From Callorhinchus milii (lineage: Eukaryota), in NCBI RefSeq assembly GCF_018977255.1, contig NW_024704742.1:78184001-78248000 (forward strand): a stretch of DNA of 64,000 nucleotides, in the 5' to 3' direction. Below are positions 12,901 through 24,900 of the stretch, in pieces. How positions within the stretch are numbered: the first letter of the stretch is position 1; each line of letters begins with the position of its first letter. The translations under genes and the position numbers were made by a program. The notes under the pieces are model-generated. The model saw nothing but the letters and a program-made list of their open reading frames with translations, was not told the DNA's origin and ran no database searches.

Positions 12901-15900
12901 ACTCTGTATCCCCATCGTACCAGTTCTACGCTCCCTATCACCGAACATGTCGATTTCAAGATCGTCACACTCATTTTCAAATCCTTTTCCTGCCCTGGCA
13001 CCTCTCCGACCTGCTTACCTCCCAACCCACAACCCGCTGCCTCCGCTCAACTGGCTCCGGCCTTCTGCATGTCCCTCATGCCCTTCGTTCCACCATTCGT
13101 GGCTGCTGTTTCAGCCACTACACCCCGAAATTCTGGAAAACTCTTCCTCTATCCCTCTGCCTTGCCCTTCCTTCCCCATTTCAGGTCATGCCTAAAGACC
13201 TTCCAATTCGACTGTCCCCTCCCAGCTTGGAGTCATGCTCCGCCACTGTCAAGCGCTCTGGGACACTACCCTGCATGAGGGGTGTTATACAAATGCAAGT
13301 TGTTGTTGTTTGTTGTTATTAGTGCAGTTGCCCTGTATACTGTACTGGAAAATTCAGAAGCAATAGTAGGTTTCTTGGTAATTTTCCAACTGGGAGATGA
13401 AGCCTTCCTCCCCAGAAGCTTTTATATATAGACATGGTACTTGAACATAATATTTTTGACCTCAATAGTAAGGAAATGCTTAGTGGTTCAATTGGGATTA
13501 GAAAATCTGATCGTCAACAACCTAAATTTACCAAGAATGACTTTCATAATCCAGGCTGCATGGCTGGGCATTCTGGCCTTCAGATGAGACGTTTTTTTTT
13601 GCCTTTTCTGAATGTTGAAGTGGATAATATGAAGCCCTTTGAAATGTTTGAACAAGGCGCTGTTTCAAGTACTAATGTTAATTTATTCAACCCAATTTCC
13701 AAATGGATCTGAGAAGGTCTTCAGAAATGGCTGAGGAATCAACTTGGATAATTTGCAACAAATAACCAGATCACATATAAATAAAAGCATGGGGTTATGA
13801 TTTTGCCTTTCATCCCCAAACAGTACCAGCATAATAAGCAAAGCTGCATTACACCAGGGATGTTATAATGCAGTTGCCCTATATACTGTTGCTGACATAG
13901 GTTAAGTGCCAGAAAGTGCCGACTCACAGAAAATAAAAATGAGATTGTGATGAAAAGAACACAAGTTGGTAATGGTAGAAAAAAGTTTTAGACTCAGCAA
14001 TAACCTTTTGTAGCAATCCTGCAGGCTTTACATTTGCAAAATATTAAACTACAAATCAAAATGTGGAGTCCTGTAGCTCAGTGGTTAGAGCACTCGCTTT
14101 GCAAGTGAGAGACCTGAGTTCAATTCCAGGCAGGGCGAAACCTTGGGCAAGTTTCCTTACTCCAAACTCCTAATAATAATCCCTCCAAAAAAAATAATAA
14201 ATTGGTCATTTGCAATCTACGACTGTTTGTGGGACATTGCTGTGCGCAATTGGCTGCCGCGTTCGCCCACAAATATAGTCAATTCACTTTACAGTGTCTT
14301 CTGTGAAGCGCTTTGGGACGTCCTCCCGATGTGAAAAGCGCTATATCAAATGCAAGGATTATTATTATTGTTAAAATGTTTTGCCATTCTATAAATGTCA
14401 TCTCACTGTACATTGTTGATGTTTGTCCAGTCATTCAGTCAGCTAGACACAGCAAGCAGTGAGATTCAATTATCACTGAGTAGTGTTCAGTAAATTATTA
14501 GGGAATTCCTTCTTCTTCATGTCCCATCCTGCGCATGCCACCAGGGCTACTTTAATTTATTATATTTACTGTTTTTGGAAGGCTTCAGAATTGTTACACA
14601 GACGTATTCATTTTATCATTCCAATCAGCTTCTGCGCGATCATTGCATCATTACAATACTTCCAATATGACAGAACTTCCATTCTATGATCGAGTATCAA
14701 ATATTGTAATTTATTTACATTTTAAATACTATCTTCTCAGACCTGTATTGTGACTAGCAAACACACTCATTGCTTGTCATGTTTCCCTTCTGAGTACAAC
14801 ATCACTGGTGGCTCAACCAGTTAAGTAAGGGGCTTGGGAACAGACATATCTGGGTTTAAAAGACTGTTTAAAATGTTTAAAAAGCCATTTTGAGGTTGAT
14901 AAAATAAATATTGTATTATGCTTAAAAATATCATTGTCAGAGACATTGGGAGTGTTCCCAAGCACTGGAATTCTGGATCTTTTCCCCTTACCCTTTTACA
15001 TATGTCTAGTTTGCCTTCAGTGACTTTGTACTCCTGAGAATCCCATCCAGTGCAATACTCTTTGGGGTACACTCACTCCGAGAGCTTACATCCTAATGGT
15101 GTTTTTCAAGCATTGACCTAAAAGTTTGAGCCTGCAATGCTATTTACCCAAAGGATTAGTAAGATAAAGACACTTGAAAATAGCTGACCCCTTTCTTATT
15201 AGCTATGCCTCACAAATGTCCTTTTGACCTTTCATCTATTTTTTGCCCTTATTTACAATTCTGTTTACACTTGCCATCACCCATGACTGTACTGAGCTGT
15301 TTCCAGCAGTGTAATACAGGATATTCGAAAAGAAGGTGTATTATTTTGTTGAACATTCTACAGAAGGATAATGTACCATTAAGTGTGACCACTTTATTGA
15401 ATTTAACTTAGATGCAAACTTGACAGATGTAACTTCTGATTGCTTTAACTATATTGAATAGGTGAGATCACCTACGGAGGTCGAGTTACAGATGCCTGGG
15501 ATCAGCGATGCCTGCGTACTATCTTAAAGAGATTCTTCTCATCTGAAACCTTAAACGAGGCATACAAGTATTCAGAATCAGGCAAGTGAACACACTACAG
15601 TAATGTTGTAGATTTGTCTATAATTAACAATTTTAGCAACGTGTTCCTAAGATTGAAACTTTCTAAAATATGACTTTTTATTACATCTATAGTTTATTTT
15701 TTCTTTGCTTTATCGTGGGAACTCATCATACTTAAAAATATCCAAACCAGACTGAGAATACCATGTACATCTGGCCGTTCGTATGGAAATTTCCTTGTGT
15801 CTGGAATGCATTGTATGCTCTCTACTTGGAGGGACATACCCTACTTACCTAATTTTGGAAGGCAATAGGTGCAAATTGGCAAGACCCAAACCTTTTGGAT

Positions 15901-18900
15901 CCCAGAGTGTAGGTTGGGAAACAACTGGAGATTAAGCAGCTAAAACCATATAGCTTGCCATTGAAAACTCTGGCTGGCAAGCTACTCACTGTCCAGCTCT
16001 GACCAGTTTACGTGTTAGGCTTTGTTTTGCTGGGTTAACAAGAACTGAGTGGGTAAATCCCAGCCTCCAGTGACCAATAACAACAACAAATTACACTTGT
16101 ATAGTGTTCTTCACAATGGAAAGACAACCCAGTCTGTTCCTCAGCCAGTTTGAGTTATTGGCAGGACGTGGGTCTGTCATCAGCAATACCCTGGAGTGCT
16201 GTGAATCCACCTAAACTGGATTACCAAAACCATCACAAAATATTAGACTCAATTCTGAGATTCAGTTGCGAAGCATGTTACCTTGGAATCAGCTCATCTC
16301 AAAATTCCCTGCATGTTTTCCAGTGAGCAGCACATCTTAGCATGAAATGTATGAGAACATTGTCACCGTCCTCCTGCCCGCAGCTTGGACACACATTTCA
16401 ACTAGTTGAGCAATTGGACTTGGAACTGCTTGGTCTTTCAAACTCTACATTGGAACAGCCCTGGGCCTGCCATGCGTCTGGGTCTCAGGTTTCCTTTGTC
16501 CCCCTGCAGTCCCAAAATGGGGAGAGTATGCAGCAGATTGGTTTACAGCTTTATACACCCAGCCTATTCTCCTCTCTTGGGGTCACTGAGAAGCCTCCTC
16601 TGGAGTGACCTCATCATTTAGTCAGACACCATATTGCTAGACACTTTCTTACAATATTGTATAATCCAACATTACTTAAACTGCTTCCTCTAGAATCTTT
16701 TACTGAATGTTCGGAAGCTAATATCCATGATGATAGTGAACTCATTAAAATAGTTCATAATCAAATTATGTTGTGAAACTGGTTGTGAAGTAGTCAATGG
16801 ATTATATTTCACAACCATTTTCTGTATTTCTCTTCAACTTTGAATTCCAGTTTACTTCTGTCACTTTTACATTGTTGTTGTCTCCACTTGAATTTGAAGT
16901 GCAATTCCTTATTGACTCAGAGTTGGGACACAAGTCAAAGGAAATAATTAACCTGGGATTCAATGCAGTACCATCAACAGCACCTGGGTTACAAATTTGT
17001 TTAGTTTTCCAAGGCTTTCACCAGATGTGATTCATATTTCTACAAAGATTGCTTGCTGGATATAAGAACAGTTCCTGAAGTGCTATGTGTATCAGAAAAT
17101 AAAAAGTTTATGAAGGTATTTTTTTAAATCCAGGATTTGAACAAAAGTCTGTTGTTAAAACTGCTTAATTATGTTAGAGATGCTGACAGTACTCTTTTCT
17201 CCTCATCAATTATTTACACTTTGAAAACTATGAGATGAGGAATTTCCATGTAATACAAATTTTTCTTTTTTTTTAGGGATTTACTACAGTCCTGAAGCAG
17301 ACACCTTACAGGCATTTAGAGAGTATGTTGAAATCCTTCCTCTCATTGATGACCCTGAAATCTTTGGGATGCATGAAAATGCCAATCTGAGTTTTCAGGT
17401 TTGTATTCCATCTTTTGTTTTGATGAGTTTTACTTGTGATATTCCATTATTTCTTATAATAAGCCTCCGATTGTGTTCCAAGCTTATGATAACACACCGA
17501 ACAGTTCAAGGAGACATGGTATGAACTGACATTTGTATTCCATCTGTTATTAAATAATGTCACTTTAATGGAAACAAATAATTTTTAAAGCAACAGTATT
17601 GATAAAATCCTTCCATAATTTCCTTGTCCTTTTTTTGTGAATTATATTGGAATTTAACCATTTACATTATTCAGGGATTAGTGAACTGTGAAATGGCAGT
17701 AGGAGTTGTCCTAACACATTTATTTGCGTTAGGATTTATTGGAAATAACTTATGTAGTAAAGTGTCTTTGTATTTAAACAAATTACATTTCAGCTTAGCA
17801 AATAGTCTTCATGGCCCGCTTAGTTCCAATGCGAGGACCAATTTCAACTGAACCCAAGGTCACGCTTGTGAAGCATGCACTGATTTCCCTTTTCCCCAGG
17901 CATAAATAATAATTTCAGACTCGCTCAGAACAGTCAATCACAACCCGAGCTTTGTTTCACAATCAGCTCAGCCCTAAATTGTCCGCTTCCTGGCTTCCAC
18001 TGCGAGGTACAAAGGCAGAAATTCAACAGTGGGAGAGAGATCCTTGCACTCCCTCTGCACAGACTGGTCACTTGTGGGGTCCGTCGGCCTCCCTCCTGAG
18101 GTTGCCAAGCACCTTACAATACTATAATAATTTGATATAGCGCCTTATCACGTAGTTGAAGTCACAAAGAACTTCACAGAATATATTGTAAAGTGAATTG
18201 ACTATTTTGTGGATGAAATGTGGCAGCCAATTGTACACAGCAGTGTCCCACAAACAGTCATGGTTGATTGACGTGAAAGGCGCTCTATAAATGGAATCTT
18301 GTTGTTGTATGTACTGCTTTTCCTGCCTGAGAATTAACTCCTCTTCCTAGACATGTATTACACTATCAATATGCAATGGTTCTTTGAATTTTAGACTTAG
18401 TTAAGTGCTCAGTGTTTGACACGAGATGTGGTTGTGATTATAGTGAAATACTATAAATGGATTACAGTTTGTCAGAGACAGTTCTAAGAATATCCCTCTA
18501 CAACTCCACTCTGTTCAAAGCTAGCTCTTGCTCTTTCAGGCTTTTACACAGACTGACTCAATTGGTACCATTCTCACATTCTGAGTCAGATGACTGTGGT
18601 TCAAGCACCATGACAGGACTTGGTCTAAGCTGACACTCCAGTGCGGTGATAGGGGTGTGCTGCATTGTTGGTGGTGCCGTTCTTGGGATGAGATGTTGAA
18701 CTGAGACCCCGTGTGCCTTTTCAGGTGGACCTGAAAAGTCACTTTTAAGCGCTCTGAGTCGCTATCCTGTGTGGAAGGCACTACATAAGTGCAAGTTGTT
18801 GTTGTTGACCTATATGATTCCATGGCACTATTTGTAAAGAGAAGGAAGTTTCTCCTGATTCTTGGTCAACAATCCCCCATAAAAAATTGATCATTAATGT

Positions 18901-21900
18901 TGTGGCCGGTTGTGGGATATTACTGTGCGTAAATTGGCTACCACGTTCGCCCATAAAACATAGTCATTGCAGTAAATCCTGTGAAGTTCTTTGGGAATTC
19001 TTATGGACCTGAAAGCCCACCCACAGTCTGAGAAATTGGTGCGTGGTGCAACCAGAGTGGTTTTAAAGCACTACCTTTGTGGAGTCCTGTAGCTCAGTGG
19101 TTAGAGCGCTCGCTTTTGCAAGTGAGAGACCTGAGTTCAATTCCAGGCAGAGGGCGAAACCTTGGGCAAGTTTCCTTACTCCACACAGAGCCTAATAATA
19201 ATCCCTCCAAAACCAAAAACAATAATAAATTGGTCATTTTCAATCTACGACTGTTTGTGGGACATTGCTGTGCGCAATTGGCTGCCGCGTTCGCCCACAA
19301 ATATACAGTCAATTCACTTTACAGTGTGTTCTGTGAAGCGCTTTGGGACGTCCTCCCGACGTGAAAAGCGCTATATCAAATGCAAGGATTATTATTATTA
19401 AGGATTATTAATACCAAATGTAAGGATTTTATTCTTTGGAAAATAGTGGATGACGATTTTTAAACTGTCACAATCAGCCATTTAAACATGGTCTCTTTAA
19501 AAGAAAAATAAGTCTTTATAGCTACAGTATTGTTACACTATTTCTACTATTTTCTGAAAAATAGAATCCCGCCTCCGCCGCTATCTTGCCCTTCAAGCTG
19601 CTGAGATCATCATCATGCTTTTGTAACATCCGGGCTTGACTGCGCCAATTCCCTGCTCACCGGTCTTCCCTACTCTTCCTTCTACAAGCTGCAGGTTATT
19701 CAGAACTTGTAGTTTGTGTCCTCTCCTGCACTGAGCCCTGGGAGCCCGTCACCCCTATCCTCACCTGGCTTCGCTGGCTCTCCATTCCCCAGAGGATCGG
19801 GATTAAAATCTTCATCCTCACTTTTAAAGCCCTGCACAGTCTTGCTCCATCCGACCTCTGTGACCTCCTAAAACCCTACCAACCTGTCCGCTCAGTGGGT
19901 GCCCTGCCCTTCCACCTTCGGAGGTAAGGTATTTAACTTTTCTCCACCTACCCTCTGGAATTCCATTCTGAAGACCCTCCTCTTTGACCAAGCGTACGTT
20001 CATCTTCCCACTTCCACCTTCCTTGCCCATCACCCTTGTTGACTCCAGCCTGCAGCTTGGGTGAAAACCATTGACTGTCCAGCACCTTGGGATGACCTCT
20101 CGACATGAAAGGCACTATATAAATGCAATTTATTGTTGTTGATAAAATCTTCCATAATTTCAGTCTATTTTTTGTGAAATATATTGGAATTTTGACCATT
20201 ACATTATTCAGGGATTAGTGAACTGTGAATTGCCAGTGGGATCTGTTCCAAGACATTTATTTGTGTGAGGATTTATTGGAAATAGCCTATGTAGTAAAGT
20301 GTCTTTGTATATAATCAAATTACAATCCTCAGCAAAAGGCTCTTGTAAGATTGATTTCAGTCTTTGACAAATCAATAATTCTAGTCTCACAAGCTGTGGA
20401 TGACTGTTATTGGATTTAGACGGTTTAAAGGAGTGTCATTTATTGTGTAAACATACATATCTTGTTTAATCCAAATAATATTTTAATTCTTAATTGGCAG
20501 TTTTTCTCCTCTTAAAAAAATTGTGCCGAGTAGTGTGCTTGGTACAAGGTTATGGTACAATGGTTAAGTGCAGTTTTCCTTTCACAAAACTATTGTAGTG
20601 CCATTATTTAGCACCCAGCGGTGCTTCAGAGATGCATTGGAAGGTCCTTGGAAATGGATTGCTTTGCTTTTCCTTTTCCCACAAAATGTTCAAAATGGAG
20701 GAGGAGACAAAGAATTTAAGGAAAAAAAACACATACAGAATGGATACGAGATGGAAGAATGAACAATTTCTAATGATCACTATCTACAATAAAGGGAATA
20801 GCTATATCTCTATTGGAACATTAATTCCTTCTCTATGCCATCTCAAAATAAAATCATTTAATTTTCCAATGATTCTTGTCAAGGTGACTTTATATAAAAA
20901 AGTTTTTATGCACACAAGTTTGGTATTAGAAATTACTGCTTTAACTCTGCGAAAGTATTGGCAAAATGTATTTGTTTGATTAAAACCATTGACCTTTTCC
21001 ATTAGTTCAGTAATTAAATGAACTATGCAGTGTACACTAAATCATACTGACCAAGAAGACTCCAGATTTTTGATCCCTGATCTGTGTTGAGTAGCTAATT
21101 TCATTTAGGGCAGAGATTAGAACAATAAAATTGGTCTTAACACCGCCTCAGCACTAGCGAATGGGGAAATTGTCCAAATTAACATTTGAGTTAGAGGGTG
21201 GTGAGAATGTGGAACTCACTGCCAGAAACTGGTTGAAGCAGAAAGCATCAATGTATTTCAGAGGAAATGATGCATACAATAGGAGGAAAGGAATAAAGTC
21301 GTCTGAGAGAGTGGATTAGAAGCTTATCTGGAGTATAAACACTGAAGTGAAGTTAGGCTGAATTGGCCTGTTTCTGTGCTGTAACATTCTATGAAATCAT
21401 TTTACTGAAAAAAATACTCTCATCTACTTTCATAACATGAAAAGACTTGAAAAGCGCTATATCAAATGCAAGGATTATTATTATTATTAACATGTCTTTA
21501 CAAACTTTTAAAAAAATATATTTTCCCCACCCTTTTTGTTTTCGTTATCCTTCTCCTTTCTTCCCATCACTGAGTTATGGTTCCACAGGCACCAATTGGC
21601 AAACATAGTCAGCATTTTATTCGACCTAGCCTTAAGTACATATGTTTTGGAATAGACCTGGAGTAAATCCCATGTTGTATCTTTTGCTGGCGTTTGAATT
21701 ATAATAATAATCATCCTTCTATTTGGATATTGAGCCTTTCACTTCAGGAGGATATCTCAAATTGCTTCATGGGATATACTGTAAAGTGGAGTGACTGTAG
21801 TTTGTGAATGAAGTCTGTATTGTGAATTGGTAATGTGTTCAGCTCTATTCTGCAAATGGGGATCTGTTCTGAAGAGAGCAGGCATAGTTAAAATGCTCTG

Positions 21901-24900
21901 AACCATAAACCTGTTTGTCATTGCTCTTGTTACAGCGTCAAGAAACCAATACCATGATAAACACCATTCTTGAAGTACAACCCCGCTCTTCAGCACAAGG
22001 AACCGGAAAAAGCTCTGATGAAATTATTAATGAAGTAGCTGATTCTATCTTATCCAAACTTCCAGGTAATCATAATAAATTTTGTTTATAAATGTTCTAT
22101 GTATTCACAACTAGATTTAACCAATACAGAATACATTTGCCATCTTTCAAAGTTGACTTTGAGAACGATCAACAATGTTTTTGAATCTACTAATACCTTT
22201 ATTGGTTTAGCCAATGATTATAAACCACTTGGAAAACATTTTCAGAATAGCTTCTAATACAAAATACAGTTACCAGTCAGAAATATTTAGTCTAACACTT
22301 GACCAAAAAATATCTCCAGAAGCAGAAAAACCTGTAAAATCAGTATTATGGAAGAAATATCACATAAAATAGAATTTCTCCTGTCTTATATGTTCAATTA
22401 GGTTCCTGTAAATTATTTGAATTGTATAAAATTATTTTTTTATTGTTTTTCTAAGACTTTCAATTCATACCACAACTTTACTGACCTGAAACCCAATTGA
22501 ATTCATTGCTAAAGCCAGATAAGTCAGTCATGTTGCAACAGAATCTTCTGCTGGATGGAATTTATTCAGTCCACACCTTACTCCATTGAGCATTGTGGAA
22601 AGGCTTTCGTTATCTTCTAACTCCTTGGGTCCATTGAGCAGAATAATGACCTCAGTGAATTGGATTTAGGTTTGGTTTATTCATTTTTATATGTTGGTCA
22701 GGGATTGACAGTAGACTCTTGTAGCGTATTGGTTAGAGCTCTTGCCTTGTAAGCGAGAGGACCTGGGTTCGCTTCCCAGGCAGAGTGAAACCTTAGACAA
22801 GTTTCCTTAAAAAAAATAATAAATTGGTCATTTTAATCCACGACTGTTTGGGGGACACTGCTGTGCCCAATTGGCTGCTGCGTTTCGCCCACAAATATAC
22901 ATCAATTCAATTAAATTGTGAAAGGTGCTATGTCAAATTTATTTTATTTAAATTTTACAATTTACAAGTAATTTAAAATAAATTATCCAATGCAATGATT
23001 ATTGTTATTATTACTCCACACGCCTCTGTTTATCAGCAATAAGTAGGAACCTTCCCCCTCTCTTAGTTCTTAAAAGCCTCTCCCTTCCAACATGCCCCAA
23101 TTCTGACAAAGGGTCGTGGACCTGAAACGTTGACTCACTTTCCTTTCTCCATAGATGCTGCCTAACCTGCTGAGTGTACCCAGCGACTTCTGTTTTTGTT
23201 TCAAATTTCCAGCATCTGCAGTATTTTGTGTTTCCTTTTATTTGAATTTGTTTGCCGGTTATTTACTAATTGATTTATGTTCTGCATAATCATCGAAGTC
23301 AATTATCCTGCTCATTCTTTACAAACTTCTGGATAATACTGGAAGCAAACCAGAGAATATTGCCTCATGGATTTTGCTCTAAACCTGCTAGTTAGCAAAT
23401 CAGATTGTTTAAAATCAGAAAATGTGGCTTGGTTATCAATCTTTCAACAGATCATAACTATAACAGGACTTGGAAGAGTTACTAGCACATAAACCATAAT
23501 TGCATGCGTTTGCCAAGAACAGAAGCACTGCTAAGTGTAAGTTTAAAAAATCTGCTCAGAAACGCTAGCAGCAAAATGTCACATATCATCTGACTGAACA
23601 AACTATCTGCTACAAAAGTGTCATTATCTGGAACGATGTCCCTTTATGGGCAGAGATTTAGCTGTAGAGTTTACAACATCAACAACAACAAAATTACTTT
23701 TATAGAGCGCCCTTCACATCGGGAGGACGTCTCAAAGCGCTGAACTGTCAGGTGTCGGGGCCCGAGAATGGGGGAGGGGTTATGTAGGGATGAGGGAAGG
23801 CAGAGAGGTGAGAGGGAGATCAAAGGTATGGTTGAAGAGAAGGGTCTTGAGACTGACCTTGAAGGAGGCAAGGAAGGAAGTGAGGCGAAGGGACCGTGGG
23901 ATGGAGTTCCAGAGTGTGGGGGCAGAGAGGCAGAAAGCCCGGCCACCGATGGTAGGGTGGGTTGGGCGGGAGACATGGAGCAGACCGGAGCCCGCTGAAT
24001 GGAGGAAGTGGGCAGGTTGGTAGGGCGTCAGCAGGTAGGAGGGGGCAAGGCCATGGATGGCCTTAAAGGTGAGGACGAGGATCTTGAACTCGATCCTCTG
24101 GGGGATGGTGAGCCAGTGGAATCGGGCGAGGATGGGAATGATGGGGTCATGGAGCCTGGTGCGTGAGAGTACATGAGATGCAGAGTTTTGGATGATTTGC
24201 AGCTTGTGAAGAGAAGATCATCATCCTTTGAGCTCGGGTTGCTGGAGCATGCATTAGGCGATGGGAAATTTCCAACTTGAAACTGGCACATAACTGTTTC
24301 TCTAAACCCTTTGTGCTCTTGCGTCAGATTCTGGAGACGTATTTATCCCCAATTCAAAATCGTCTGGTTATAAATAGCTAATATTGACAAAAAAATTGTA
24401 TTTTAGGTTTTTGTTTATTGCATAATAATTATTAGATGGAAAATGGGAAAAAAAATCAATATCAACAACAACAAAATTACATTTGTATAGGGCCTTTCGC
24501 ATTGAGAGGACTTCCCAAGGTGCTGGACAGTCAGTGTTTTGGACCTGAACTGGGATTTGTGATTGGAAAGGGTGGAGGGCAGGGAGCCAAGGAGGGTGTG
24601 ACAGGGTGGGTGGAGGAGCCGGTTGGTGATGGAGAAGAGGAGGCTGGGGTTGTCCTTGGCCTCCAAGATTGACTTGGAGTTAAAGGACGATTTAGCAGAG
24701 GCGAGGGTGGAGCGGTAAGTTTTGATAGGGTCCAGCCAGATCTGCCGATGGACCATTAGATTTGAGACAGGTGCGTTCGGCAGCACGCACCTGTGCTTTG
24801 AGGGAGCGGAGGTGGCTGGTGTACCAGAGTGATTTCCATGAATAGGAGGCAGTGCGGGAAGCGAGAGGAACAAGGGCATCGAGAGTGATGGAGGGGGAGT

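Noticed and set aside
13434..13712. 92-aa ATG-initiated intronic ORF
   Set aside because: No recognisable motif or splice context; length is compatible with chance.
14063..14140. tRNA-Ala gene
   Set aside because: The acceptor stem is not intact and the sequence continues into the SINE body in every copy; it is a SINE head.
19077..19401. Recurrent small ORFs (MGKFPYST..., [10 protein letters not shown]...) that look like a multicopy peptide family
   Set aside because: Incidental frames of the non-coding SINE, mostly with non-ATG starts and variable frameshifts between copies.
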